Notes: generated by a model not told the origin, from the letters alone. Numbered from the stretch's first letter, positions 10,435-21,656 are shown. The stretch: 64,000 nt of DNA from Candidatus Latescibacterota bacterium (GCA_965204745.1 OZ242010.1:4960001-5024000), one strand, 5' to 3'. Numbers and translations: made by a program.

Positions 10435-11856
10435 CTACTGACTACTGACGGTTGAACGGACGACGAACAGATCCATAAACGCGCACACGGGCATGGTGTC
10501 GAAATCTGGGCTTTCAAACGTGTGCAGTATTTTTTGTACCTGATGATCCGAGAACCGGGTGGACATGTTTTGCGTGAACTTTTCCAGCAACAGGGGCGCG
10601 GCCTCATCTCGTCTTCTGCGATGCCCGATGGGGTATTCAACTGTGATGGCCTCGGTGCTCGTCCCGTCGTCGAAAAACACCTGCACGGTATTGGCGATGG
10701 ACCGCTTGTGCGGATCGTGGTAATCCCGCGTGAACTGCGCGTTCTCCGCCACCACCATCTTTGCTCGCAGTGCGTCGATGCGTGCGTCTTGGGCGCGTTC
10801 GTCCTCGTAGTCGTCTGCGGTCAACGCGCCGAAAATCAGCCCCATTGCCACCATGTATTGCAAGCAGTGATCGCGGTCCGCCGGATTGTGCAAGGGGCCG
10901 GTCTTGTCGATAATTTTGATCGCGGCTTCGTGCGTGGTAATCTCCACGCGCTGGACGGACGCAATCCTGTGGGCCACCTGATCGTGCAAGACAAACGCGG
11001 CCTCGACTGCGGTTTGCGCGTGAAATTCAGCGGGAAAAGACACCTTGAACAGAATGTTCTCCATCACGTAAGCACCGTACGCACGTTGAAACCGAAACCG
11101 GTCGCCGTTCCACATCCGGTCGTAAAAACCCCAGCCGGGCGCGGACAGCGCGGTTGGATAGCCCATTTCCCCGCGCTTTGTTTGCAATGCCAAAAACGCG
11201 CCGCGCGCGGTGGCATCGCCTGCGGCCCAACTCTTGCGCGACCCGGTATTGGGCGCGTGGCGATAGGTTCGCAACGGGCCTAAATCGCACCACACCTGCG
11301 ACGCGGCGTCCGCGATTCGCGCCTCATCGCACCCCAACAGGCCCGCCGCGACCGCTGCACTCGCCAGTTTCACCAAGATCACATGATCCAACCCGCGGGC
11401 ATTAAAACTGTTTTCCAGTGCCATCACGCCTTGAATCTCGTGCGCCTTGATCATCGCGGTCAGCACATCCCGCATCACCACCGCGTGGCGCGTGCGCGAC
11501 AACCAGTCCGCGATGCCGAGAATCGCGCCCAAATTGTCGGACGGATGCCCCCATTCCGCCGCCAACCACGTATCATTAAAATCCAGCCAGCGCACCGCCG
11601 TGCCGATATTAAACGCCGCGGTCACCGGATCGAGTTCAAAATCCGTGCCCGGCACGCGTGCGCCATGGGGCACCACGGTTCCGGGAACGACCGGACCGAG
11701 CATCTTCGCGCACTCGGCAAATCGCAACGCCAACACCGCGCAACCCAAGCTGTCCATCAAACACAGGCGCGCGGTCCGAAACGCCTCCTCAGAAATCACG
11801 TCGTAATGGCGCACGTATTGCGCGATATCCAACAATTCGATATCGGGTTGATTCAT
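10435..11856 (-). CDS. prpD: 2-methylcitrate dehydratase
   Basis: [57 protein letters not shown]. Confidence 0.95.
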   Translation of the reverse strand: MNQPDIELLDIAQYVRHYDVISEEAFRTARLCLMDSLGCAVLALRFAECAKMLGPVVPGTVVPHGARVPGTDFELDPVTAAFNIGTAVRWLDFNDTWLAAEWGHPSDNLGAILGIADWLSRTRHAVVMRDVLTAMIKAHEIQGVMALENSFNARGLDHVILVKLASAAVAAGLLGCDEARIADAASQVWCDLGPLRTYRHAPNTGSRKSWAAGDATARGAFLALQTKRGEMGYPTALSAPGWGFYDRMWNGDRFRFQRAYGAYVMENILFKVSFPAEFHAQTAVEAAFVLHDQVAHRIASVQRVEITTHEAAIKIIDKTGPLHNPADRDHCLQYMVAMGLIFGALTADDYEDERAQDARIDALRAKMVVAENAQFTRDYHDPHKRSIANTVQVFFDDGTSTEAITVEYPIGHRRRRDEAAPLLLEKFTQNMSTRFSDHQVQKILHTFESPDFDTMPVCAFMDLFVVRSTVSSQ

Positions 11857-12155
11857 GGCAAACCTCAAAGGCGAAAGCAAAGTCGCTGGCGTTGGCTACC
11901 CCAGGGTTGGTGCGGATGGATGGATCAGTGAAAACAGACGAACCGAAAAAACAGCACGGCGGGCTTCAAGACGCCATTGGCAAACACGTTCAGCGCGGTT
12001 TGGACGCGAAATGTACGCGTGCGCCACAGGTGGGCCAATCGGAAAAAAACACCCACAAATTCTGGGTGTTTTTGACTGTGAATCGGGCTGTTTTTTTTAG
12101 ACATGGTTTCAAAATTTTACGCGCCGCTAAGTACGGAGATTATCATAGCCCATAT

Positions 12156-12572
12156 TCAGAAACCACCGAACCAAATGAGAACGCCCAGTGTTACGGTCAT
12201 GGAAATCAGGAGGATGATAGTCCACTTGAACATGCGGGAGAAGCTGGACTCGATCTTGTCGAAGCCCTCGGACATATTTTTTTCAAATTCGTCGAATCGC
12301 TTTTCAAAATCATCAAAAGCCTGCTTCATTTCCTCAAAGGAATGCTCCATCTTTTCAAACTGATCGAACAGCGAATCCAGCTCGGATCGCTCGCGGCCCG
12401 TCAGCACGCGATAGGCATGGGCGCCCTTTTTGAACGCCTCTTCGGCGTCTGGATTGTTCGGATTGCGGTCGGGGTGATGCTGAAGCGCGTAGCGGCGGAA
12501 TGCGCGCTTGATCGCGTCTTCAGAGGCGTTCTCATCAACGCCCAAAATCTCGCGGGCTTGTCGTCGTCTCAT
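12156..12572 (-). CDS. Small J-domain protein with coiled coil and C-terminal membrane anchor
   Basis: ILGV..IKRAFRRYALQHHPDRN HPD motif; hydrophobic C-terminus. Confidence 0.75.
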   Translation of the reverse strand: MRRRQAREILGVDENASEDAIKRAFRRYALQHHPDRNPNNPDAEEAFKKGAHAYRVLTGRERSELDSLFDQFEKMEHSFEEMKQAFDDFEKRFDEFEKNMSEGFDKIESSFSRMFKWTIILLISMTVTLGVLIWFGGF

Positions 12573-12800
12573 AGGTTCACTCGTGGAAAGGGGAAGCAGT
12601 GGTCAGTTGTCGGTGGTCAGTGGTCAGTCCCCGCCTTGCACCGCCCCAAGTGGTCGCGGGTAGCGGTAGGACTGAAAGCCATAACCCAAAATACGGCACA
12701 TGCCGAGAAAATGCAAGCGAGAGGCGGAGAAACCCCTCGCGTTTTTTTGTTTTTTTCGGCAGACATACCTTATATTTTTTACACTCAAAAGGAGGCGGTC

Positions 12801-13601
12801 ATGTTTTGCGACACGCAACGACGGCAGTACAGGAAGCAGGGGTTTTTTGTCGTGGATGATGCCGTGGATCCCGATCTGTTGCAACCCCTGTTGGCGGCCG
12901 CGATTCGCGCCAAGCAAAAGGTGCGCGCAGGCGAGGTGGATTTGTACACGCACCGCTCCGCAGATGGCGAACCCTGGGCCATTCGCGGGTTGTTCGCGCC
13001 CGAGATGGACGAACCGATTTTCGCCGAGTACCTGATGTCTGAACCCGTGATGAAATACATGCGTCCGTTTTTGGGCACGCGATTGCAGTTGGGCGGCGTG
13101 CTCATTTTCACGAATCCGTATCAGGCGGATTACGGGTTTGGTTGGCATCGGGATTTTGGGGGCAATGAACGCGACGGGTCGTATCGGATGGAAATGCAAA
13201 TTTTGAATCGCCCACAGCGGAGTTTGAAATGGCATCTCGCGCTGGTGGATGATCACTGTTTGCAACTTGTGCCGGGCAGCCACAAGCGGTATCGCACGGC
13301 TCACGAGCGCAAGTGCTTGTTGGAGGAACGCCACGACGATATTCCCGGTCAATACGCCGTGCCCCTCAAGGCCGGGCAAACCGCGTTTTGGAGTGGCAAT
13401 TTGATCCATCGCGGGGTGATGGCAAAAGATGTGGAACGCTTGACGCTGGCGGGCAGTTGGAGCATGTACACGCCGGGCAGTGAACCCACCGAGACAGACC
13501 CGCGCCTGAAATGGATGCTGGCGGACAATGTGCGCGGGTTCTTGCCAAAAGAAATGCGTCCGTTGTACGACCGCTGGCGAGAAGGACAAGTTGAAAGTTG
13601 A
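12801..13601 (+). CDS. Phytanoyl-CoA dioxygenase (PhyH) family Fe/2OG enzyme
   Basis: GGAGG RBS + ATG at 12801; WHRD, CLQLVPGSH, LIHRG motifs; the longer 647-aa ORF is an upstream artefact. Confidence 0.8.
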   Translation: MFCDTQRRQYRKQGFFVVDDAVDPDLLQPLLAAAIRAKQKVRAGEVDLYTHRSADGEPWAIRGLFAPEMDEPIFAEYLMSEPVMKYMRPFLGTRLQLGGVLIFTNPYQADYGFGWHRDFGGNERDGSYRMEMQILNRPQRSLKWHLALVDDHCLQLVPGSHKRYRTAHERKCLLEERHDDIPGQYAVPLKAGQTAFWSGNLIHRGVMAKDVERLTLAGSWSMYTPGSEPTETDPRLKWMLADNVRGFLPKEMRPLYDRWREGQVES

Positions 13602-13629
13602 TTGCCCCTCATCTGCGTTTATCTGTTCC

Positions 13630-13938
13630 ATGCAAATCGACAAAAAATACGCTCGGATCTACAACGAGGTCGCCAAAATTCCCGAAGGCACAGTGGCGAC
13701 CTATGGGCAAATCGCGGAGCGGGTGGGGTGTGGGCCGCGCGAAGTGGGCAAGGCTCTATCGGAACTGCCTCCCGACATCCCTTGCCCTTGGCACCGGGTC
13801 ATCAATGCGCGGGGGATGGTGTCAATCCGCAGTGGAAATCACCTGGCGCACCACACTCAGGAAGCCCGCCTCGAAGCAGAAGGCGTCGTTTTTGTCAATG
13901 GACGAGTCGATCTCGAAGTTTATAGATGGGAGGAATAG
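13630..13938 (+). CDS. Alkyltransferase-like protein (MGMT family, Atl/YbaZ type)
   Basis: IPEGTVATYGQIA, PWHRVIN (Trp in place of catalytic Cys), RLEAEGV. Confidence 0.85.
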   Translation: MQIDKKYARIYNEVAKIPEGTVATYGQIAERVGCGPREVGKALSELPPDIPCPWHRVINARGMVSIRSGNHLAHHTQEARLEAEGVVFVNGRVDLEVYRWEE

Positions 13939-13985
13939 ATGCGGGGACGGGGGTAAGTAACGGTTTTTTCGTGTCCGCGATTCAG

Positions 13986-14163
13986 ACATGTGTGCCTATC
14001 TCCGCTTCCGCACCACCGCCCAAGTGCGTGCCCCGCTCATCCACCCCGCCACCCGTGCGTCCCCTTCCCGACACCGCCCCGCCAAGTGCGATCCCATCCG
14101 CTACCCTACCCCGCCGTGTGCGTGCCCTTCCGCTCCCCCCATCCGCCGTGTGCGTTAACCCCG
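13986..14163. repeat. Degenerate ~30-33 bp tandem array, core CCGCC-NNN-TGCGTGCC
   Basis: About six imperfect units; related units on the opposite strand at ~41710-41795 and ~49556-49605. Confidence 0.6.
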
Positions 14164-14250
14164 TCTTTTCCCTCTCCCGTCTCACCTCTTGCCTCTCCCG
14201 TCTTACCTCTTACCGAAGGGCGGTTGGGCAGGGTGGACTTGACAACTGAT

Positions 14251-15426
14251 TCACGCCCCGAGTGCCCAACCGACGGGCAGGGCCATAACCCCATCGCCGA
14301 GGTCGTGAATGCGCGGATCGTTGGAGAGCACCACGGCTTGCGAGATGGGTTTGTCCAAAATCGCATCGAGATTGCGTAAATGGCGGGCGTCTGTGGCAAC
14401 AATGCGTTCCGCCATTTTTATTTCAATGGGCACAAAGCCCGTTTCGGTTTCGAGCAACAAATCGACCTCGCGCCCATCCGCCGTGCGAAGGTGGTGACAA
14501 TCAATGGGCAAGCGGCTGTTGTGAATTTGTTTGTAGATTTCGGAAACCACCGCACTTTCAAATTCATGACCCGTGGGTTGACCGCGCCGGTTGAGCAATG
14601 CGCGCTGAATGCCCGGATCGAGAAAGTGAACTTTTGGGGCTTTGGACAGGCGTTTGTTGAGGTTGCGAAACCACGGTTGCAACAGGATGACTTGGTAGCT
14701 GATTTCGAGATAGGAAAGAAAGCGTTTGACGGTCTTGGCCGTCACGCCCGCGAGTTGCGCGAGTTCATTCATGTTGAGTAATGCGCCCGTCAACCCGGCC
14801 AATGCGCGTTGCATGCGGGCAAACGGATTGAGATCGCGCAAATTGGCGAGATCGCGCAAGTCGCGCTGGAGATAGGTTTGGATGTAATCGCGCAACCAAT
14901 CGTATTTATCTCGCGCTGTGAGCATGGGATCGACGACGGCCGGCATGGCGCCAAAGTTCAAGTAATGCGCGATGTGATGCGCGGTTTGTGCGTAGCGTTC
15001 GCTTTGAAGGGGCATGCCCGAATGCAAAACATCGCGGTCACCGGTTTTTAGAAATTGGATCAGTCTGGACTCCAAAACGGGATCATCCCACGACTCCGTC
15101 AACATTTCCGGCAAGGTGAGGGGATAGAGTTCGACCAATGAGATGCGCCCGGCCAAACTCTCGCGGATCTGTTCCATCAACAAAATTTGGCTGGAACCGA
15201 GCAAGAGGCAACGGGCGTCGGGATACTGGTCGTACACGGCTTTGACGGATTCGATGAGCGCGGGGGCTTTTTGCACTTCGTCCAAAACGACGACCGGATA
15301 CTGCTGATACCACTGCGCCGCTGACAGCGCGGCAAAGTCCGGGCGCGTGATGGGGTCTTCGAGGGAAATGTAGCAATAGTCGGGAAATCCGGTTTGCACG
15401 AGTGTGGTCTTGCCGGTTTGTCGCGC
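14251..15426 (-). pseudogene. AAA_14 ATPase + DUF4143 protein, 5'-truncated within Walker A
   Basis: Frame upstream of GTG 15399 reads H-ARQTGKTTL (Walker A lacking its Gly and the preceding strand); LDEVQK, LLGSS, ESLAGR, EVDLL..IEIK. Confidence 0.75.
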
Positions 15427-15428
15427 AT

Positions 15429-16160
15429 GGGCATCGCTACTTCACGCTTTCGGACAGCGACAGCCAGTTGCGCTGCGTGATGTGGTGGTCGCGTCCCATC
15501 GGTGGATTTCATCCGGAATTGGGCATGGCCGCGTTGGCACAGGGCCAATTGACGGTGTACGAACGCCGGGGCGAGTACCAGTTCAATGTGTTCCACTTGT
15601 TGCCCGCAGGCGAGGGGCAACAGCAACTCGCCTTTGAAGCATTGAAGCAGAAATTGGCAGACGAGGGCCTGTTTGACCAAGACCGCAAACGCCCCCTGCC
15701 CGAATACCCCCGCGGCATTGGGGTGGTCACGTCTCGAACCGGCGCGGCTTTTCGGGATATTTTGGACGTGTTGAACCGGCGGTTTGCCGGGGTTCGCGTC
15801 GTGTTGCGGCACGCGCTCGTGCAAGGGGAGGGCGCGCCAGAGGAAATTGCACAGGGCATTGCGGACCTGAATGCGTTTGGCGAAGTCGATGTGCTCATCA
15901 TCGGGCGCGGTGGCGGGTCCGCAGAGGATTTGGCTGCGTTTAATGACGAGCGCGTGGTGCGGGCCATTGCCCAGTCCGATATTCCCACCATTTCAGCCGT
16001 CGGGCACGAGATCGACATCTCGCTTGCGGACCTCGCCGCGGATGTGCGTGCGCCAACGCCTTCTGTTGCCGCGGAAATTGCGGTGCGCGATGTGGCGGAG
16101 GTGCGCGAACGAGTCGGGCGGCTCACCCTGCGCGGTCGCGATGCCCTAAAGCGGTTGTTA
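15429..16160 (+). pseudogene. xseA: Exodeoxyribonuclease VII large subunit, 5' part (N-terminus missing, IS-interrupted)
   Basis: GHRYFTLSD, IGVVTSRTGAAFRD, IIGRGGGSAEDL, SAVGHEID..RAPTPS; no start before GHRYF. Confidence 0.88.
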
Positions 16161-16978
16161 GGTTCTGTTGACATTTTGTTTTAGAGCGATGAGCGTGGCC
16201 GCAAAAGCGAGAAAGCCTCGATAACTCGTGCTGAGTTTCTCAAAGCGAGCGAATATCCTGCGATACTGCTTCATTTTTCCAATCAACCGCTCAATCAAAT
16301 TGCGTTGCTTATACCGATGGCGATCATAATCACGCGGGGTCTTGCGATAAGACCGGGGCGGAATCACGGCAACCTGTCCATGGTGAGAAAGGACGTCCAG
16401 AAACGCTTGTGAATCATAGCCCTTATCCGCGATGACAGATCGGCTCTCATACCCAGCGATTAACGCTTCGGCTTGCGTGATATCGTGGGTTTGTCCCGGT
16501 GTGAGTCGAAACCGGAGCGGGAGGCCACGCGCATCTGTGCAGAGATGGATTTTGGTGCTGAACCCGCCTCGGCTCTTGCCGAGGGCTTGCGCGGCTTGCC
16601 CCCCTTTTTTTTTGAGGCACCCGCTGCACAGGCATGAGCACGCACGACAGTGCTGTCAATGATCAGACATGCCAAGTCTGGATCAGACGTAAAATGCTGG
16701 TGCATGCGTTCCCACACGCCATACCGGCACCAGCGAGCAAAGCGTTTATAGACTGTGTTCCACTTCCCGTACTGTGCGGGCAACTGACGCCACTGACCAC
16801 CCGAGCGCATCACCCACAGAACCGCTTCAATGAAGCGTTTGCAACCGGCTTCCTCGCCGACATAGACGCGAGGGCATTCGCGGATGAATGCGAGAATTTT
16901 AGGCCACTGATTCGGAGAAAGAATAAGGTTTGACATACACACAGAGTAACTCAAAATATCCCAAATGTCAACAGAACC
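16161..16978 (-). mobile_element. IS5 family (IS427 group) element with two-ORF transposase, inserted in xseA
   Basis: TIR GGTTCTGTTGACATTT/AAATGTCAACAGAACC, TA duplication; orfA (WRQLPAQYGKWNTVYKRFARW, IIDST) and orfB (ADKGYDS, YKQRNLIER); A9G6 slippery run; removal restores xseA frame ..KRLLDENADL.. Confidence 0.93.
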
Positions 16979-16980
16979 TA

Positions 16981-17319
16981 GACGAGAACGCGGATCTGCT
17001 GGAATCCTACGAAGATAGCTACGGCATGCGGCGCATGGCCGATTTGATCGACCAACACGCGCAACACGTCGACGAATTGCACGGCGATTTGTACGCGCTT
17101 TTGCGCCGGTTGTTGGAAACGCGATGGGCGGATTACCGCCGGCTCACGGGCAAACTCGGCTCGCTCAACCCCCTATCCGTGCTCGCGCGCGGCTTTGGTA
17201 TCATCCAGCGCGAAGACGGGTCGATAGTGTCCGATGCACATGTCTTGACGCCCGAAGAACGCCTGTCTATCAAGTTCGCAAAAGGCGAGGCGATCTGCCG
17301 GGTTGAGGACGTAAGATGA
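16981..17319 (+). pseudogene. xseA: Exodeoxyribonuclease VII large subunit, 3' part
   Basis: LGSLNPLSVLARGFGII..IKFAKG C-terminal motif. Confidence 0.88.
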
Positions 17320-17528
17320 GATTTTAGCCACAAAAGGCACAAAAGGCACAAAAGGGGTATAAGACGTAAGATGAGATTTTAGCCACAAAAGGCACGAGCG
17401 GGGTACAACTGGCGATAGCCAGTTCAAAGGCACAAAAGGGGTATAACTGGCGATAGTCCGTTCAAAGGCGAGCGGTGTGTGTAGGGGCGATGCCCCCGTG
17501 CTCGCCCGAAGATACAAGAGGGGAGATG

Positions 17529-17594
17529 CAGTAGTCAGTAGTCAGTAGTCAGTGGTCAGTGGTCAGTGGTCAGTGGTCAGTGGTCAGTGGTCAG
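17529..17594. repeat. Heptamer tandem repeat (CAGTAGT/CAGTGGT)n
   Basis: About nine units; same family at ~10409-10449, 12597-12628, 47758-47792, 59072-59093. Confidence 0.9.
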
Positions 17595-17682
17595 TTCCCG
17601 CCCTTCCACCCCGAGGCAATGGATGTGTAGAGGTGTAGAGGTGTAGGGACGCGGCTTCCGCCCAATTCACAAAGGCAATTCA

Positions 17683-17922
17683 ATGGCGAAAGAGAAAGCG
17701 GAAAATCCCACATTTGAAGCGGCGTTGAAGCAGTTGGAAACCGTTGTCGAGCAGTTGGAAGAGGGCACATTGCCCTTGTCCGAAGCCCTGCGAGTATTCG
17801 AGGAAGGGCTGACCGCATCCAACCATTGCCGCTATTTGCTCGAAGACGCCCGGCAACGGGTCGACGTGTTGCTGCGCGACAGCGATGGAAAATTTGAACC
17901 GGTGTCGCTGGATACCGAATAA
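17683..17922 (+). CDS. xseB: Exodeoxyribonuclease VII small subunit
   Basis: TFEAALKQLETVVEQLEEGTLPLSEALRVFEEG..C..L..ARQRV. Confidence 0.93.
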   Translation: MAKEKAENPTFEAALKQLETVVEQLEEGTLPLSEALRVFEEGLTASNHCRYLLEDARQRVDVLLRDSDGKFEPVSLDTE

Positions 17923-17933
17923 TTTGGAGGCGA

Positions 17934-19799
17934 ATGAAGTCCATCGGTCTGATTTCCAACCCGACCCAGCCGGGCATGGGTGCTGCGGTCGATCAACTGG
18001 CAACGCGCATCCACCAGCGGGGCATCGACGCGCTGATCGCCGACAATTTGCGCCCAATCTGCAAATCCGACGCGCGGTGGTTTTGTGTGGTCGATCAGTT
18101 GCCCGAGCGCACGGATATGATCGTGGCGATGGGGGGCGATGGTACGTTGTTGCGCGCCGCCGCCCAAGTGCATCCGCACAGCACGCCGATTTTGGGGGTG
18201 AATTTGGGGCGGTTGGGGTTTTTGTCCGGCGCGGAACCCCGGGAATTAGACGATGGCCTCGACCGCTTGTTGAACGGCGATTACGCGATAGAAGAGCGAA
18301 TTGCCCTGCACGCGCAAACGCGCACGCACAACGCCTTTGCCCTCAACGAAGTGGTCATTGAGCGCAGTGTCACGGCGCGCTTGGTGCAAGTGGTGATGCG
18401 CGTCGGCGATGCGCCGGTGCTGTTCGACGATTCCCGTAGCATGAGCGTGTCCGAATACGGCGATCAGACGCGCGCAGAGCGATTCGTGCAGGCGTACCGC
18501 GCATCCGGATTTGAGGACGCCTTGGCGCGGACGCATCGGGTCGTGCGGTTTCGGTTTGGCGAGAACATAGCGCGAGTCAATGGTGTTGCGGACCTCGGCT
18601 TTGATCAGGCGCAGTCGGATATCGCGGGCGCAGTGCGTTCGGTGATCGGGCAAATGGCCGGCGCGGAACTGTCGGCGGTGGTGGTGTTCAGCGACGGGGT
18701 GCAGCAAAGCGATGCGCCCGTGCAACTGAAGGAGTTGCCCGGTGACGTGCCCGTGTTTGCCGTGGGAACGGGGCGCGACGACCGTTGGCGCGACTTGGCA
18801 TTGGTCGATGTGGCTACCACCCGGGTGCGAGACGACGAAGTGGCGGTGACAGCGCGGGTGGTCGCCGAGGGCATGGCCGGGGAAGATGTGCACGTTGAAA
18901 CCCGGGCCGGCGGGCGCGTCGTGGCGTCGGCCTCACTTGCGATTTCAGGGGAGAAAGAAGAACACTACGTCCGCCTGAAATTTCAGCCGAGGGCCGAGGG
19001 CTGGCGGGTCTATCGCGTGCAGACGCGCCTGGCAGATACCACGAGCGCGAAAGACCGCATCGCCGCGAATAATGCACGGGATATTTTGGTGGATCAGCGC
19101 GTGCGGGTGTTTCGCATTTTGTACTTTAGCGGGCGGCCAAATTGGGAGGGCAAGTTTTTGCGCCGCGCATTGGATGGGGATCGGCAGTTGGCCTTGTCGA
19201 GCCTGCTCCGCATTTCCGGGCCCGAGCGCAAGTTCGTGTTTCGGGGCCGCGATGCGACGATGGCGAATCCCCTGTTTGAGGGCTTTGACGATCAGGCGTT
19301 GAACGCGCCGCGCTACGACGAGGCCGTGTTCATCCGCATCGGCGTGTCCAAATCCGCGTTGGCGAGTGGGTATCCGTCCGATGCCGCCGAGCTTTTTCGC
19401 TACGATCTGGTGATTTGGGGGGACATCGAGCGCGATTTCTTTTCCCTTGCCCAACTCAATTTGACGCGGGAATTTGTGTCCAAACGCGCGGGGAGCTTTT
19501 TGATGCTGGGCGGGCCGCGCGCGTACTCTGAAGGCGGGTGGGCGCGGTCGAGCATCGAGCCGTTGTTGCCTATCGCGCTGGGGCCTGCGGGCGATTACGA
19601 CGACATTGCCTTTCGCGCAAAGCCGACCATTGACGGCCTCTTGTCCGGGGTGTGGTCATTGGGCGAAAATGCCGCAGTCAATAACGCACAGGCGCGGCTG
19701 GATCGTTTTCCATTGTGGCACCGCCCGCCATTTTATATCCTACTCGCGGCATTGCTGTGCATGGAATGGTATTTGAGACGAAAGCGGGGCGAACCGTGA
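17934..19799 (+). pseudogene. nadK: In-frame chimera: N-terminal half of NAD kinase fused to a vWA-like/GATase-like membrane protein
   Basis: GGDGTLL, PILGVNLGRLGFL, ALNEVVI present but TPTGSTAY region absent; from ~18420 DDSRSMS, VVFSDG, GSFLMLGG and EWYLRR C-terminus of another family. Confidence 0.7.
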
Positions 19800-20752
19800 A
19801 GGCGATGGTATTTATTGCGATTGGCCTGAGTTGCGTCGGACAGGCGCGGGCCGCGGCTTTTGACGTGATCATCAGCGGCAGCGGTGGCGAAGCGATATAC
19901 GCAGAGCGGTTCGGCACTTGGGCACAGCGGTTGCGGCAGGCACTCATCGACCGATGCGGCCATCCCAAAGACCATGTGCGATTGCTCAATGAGACGGGCG
20001 AGAACGCCGATGGCGTCGCGTCCAAACAGGGCATTGGCAAGGCCCTGCGCGAGTTGTCCGAGCGCGTCACCCCAAGCGACGACGCGTTCGTTTTTCTCAT
20101 CGGGCACGGCACGTATCGGCGGCGGGTTGCCAAGTTGAATCTCCCCGGCCCGGATTTGACCGCCGCAGAACTCGACGGCCTTTTGAAGCTCCTGTCCGCA
20201 CGGCGCGTCGTCATTGTCAACAGCGCGTCTATGAGCGCGCCCTTTGTCAACGCGCTCAGCCGCGCCGGGCGGATTGTGTGCGCGAGTACGCGCAGCGCGA
20301 ATCAGCGCGACGCCACGCGATTCATGGGCTTTTTCGTGCAGGCATTGGAAGATGGCAACGCGGATCAAAACCGCGATGACCGCATTTCCATTTTGGAAAT
20401 TTGCACCCAAGCCGCGTCCCTGACCGATGCGTGGTTTTTGGGCGAGGGCCTGATCCCCACCGAGAACGCGATTTTGGACGACAATGGCGATGGCTTGGGC
20501 ACGCGGCTGTCAGACCTGCGAGTTGACGCGGGCGACGGGGCCGTGGCTACCCGTTGTTTCCTCCGCGATTTCCGCGTTCCCAAAGGTGCGTCGCCCGAAC
20601 TCGTCCGAGCTTATGGCGAGGCCATTGACGCGGTGCAAGCACTGGTCGCCCAAAAAGCGATGATGGACTCGGTGGCCTATTACCACTTGTTGGAACGCGA
20701 GTTGGTGAAGGCGGCGCGGTTGAATCGGGCGATCAAGAGCAACCACAGATGA
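19796..20752 (+). CDS. Secreted caspase/peptidase C13-like fold protein
   Basis: GTG overlapping previous stop; signal peptide; FVFLIGHG, IVNSASMSAPF, ADQNRDDRISILE. Confidence 0.5.
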   Translation: MKAMVFIAIGLSCVGQARAAAFDVIISGSGGEAIYAERFGTWAQRLRQALIDRCGHPKDHVRLLNETGENADGVASKQGIGKALRELSERVTPSDDAFVFLIGHGTYRRRVAKLNLPGPDLTAAELDGLLKLLSARRVVIVNSASMSAPFVNALSRAGRIVCASTRSANQRDATRFMGFFVQALEDGNADQNRDDRISILEICTQAASLTDAWFLGEGLIPTENAILDDNGDGLGTRLSDLRVDAGDGAVATRCFLRDFRVPKGASPELVRAYGEAIDAVQALVAQKAMMDSVAYYHLLERELVKAARLNRAIKSNHR

Positions 20753-20882
20753 ACGCGGGCGGTGTACAACTGCGATAGCCGCTCACGAGTACGCAGAGCG
20801 GATTGGGGTCGCAGGTAGGGCGCAGTGAGGGGGGGTTAATCCGCGTAATCCCTGAATCCGCGACAATCCGCGATTCAGACAA

Positions 20883-21635
20883 ATGGAGGAGGATGTGATG
20901 TTGACTGACGAACAGAGGCAGCGGTTTCGCAATGAGGGGTACCTAATTTTTGAGGGCCTCATTCGCGGAGCGCGGTTGGCGTATTACAAAGGGGTGTTTG
21001 ACGAATTGGTCGCCCAAGGCCGCGGGCTGACCGAGCAGATTCCGCATTGGACGCTCGAGTTGGACGAGCGCGGCGTGCCTCGCCCCGGGTTGTTGCACAA
21101 AGTTCAGGGCGTTTGCATGGTCGATCCCCGGGTGCTGGAACTGGCGCGTGAACCTGCGATTTTGGACCGCGTGGAAGCCCTGATCGGCAAAAATATCGAC
21201 GTGTTTGGCACCAAGTTTTTTCCCAAATTGCCCAATGGCGGCACATCGACGCACTGGCATCAGGACAATTTCTATTTTGGCACCGAGACCGAGCGCATCA
21301 TCAGTTGCGGCGTTTATCTGGAAGACTCGGATGTGGAGAACGGCTGTTTGCGCGTCGTGCCCGGCAGCCATCGCCTGGGCAAAATCGTCGAACACCGCAA
21401 GAACCCGGCCCTGCACGGCATGTGGACGGACGTCGATGAGTCGCGGGCCGTGGATCTGGTCATTCCGGCCGGGACTGTGGTGCTGTTTTCCGCCAATATC
21501 CTCCACGGCGCGTACGACAACCACAGCACCCGCACGCGCTACAGCACGGCTTGGCACTACTTGCCCGAGACGCTCAATCCGGAAAAATTCATAAAGGGCA
21601 AATACGAGGACCGACATGTGGCGCGCAAACATTGA
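20883..21635 (+). CDS. Phytanoyl-CoA dioxygenase (PhyH) family Fe/2OG enzyme
   Basis: WHQDNFYF, ENGCLRVVPGSH, ILHGAYDN..R. Confidence 0.88.
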   Translation: MEEDVMLTDEQRQRFRNEGYLIFEGLIRGARLAYYKGVFDELVAQGRGLTEQIPHWTLELDERGVPRPGLLHKVQGVCMVDPRVLELAREPAILDRVEALIGKNIDVFGTKFFPKLPNGGTSTHWHQDNFYFGTETERIISCGVYLEDSDVENGCLRVVPGSHRLGKIVEHRKNPALHGMWTDVDESRAVDLVIPAGTVVLFSANILHGAYDNHSTRTRYSTAWHYLPETLNPEKFIKGKYEDRHVARKH

Positions 21636-21656
21636 CCCCTCCCCGAGGCGGGGCGG

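Noticed and set aside
11658-12800. 647-aa ORF as a single protein
   Set aside because: The upstream part is antisense to prpD and the J-domain gene; the real gene starts at 12801 after GGAGG
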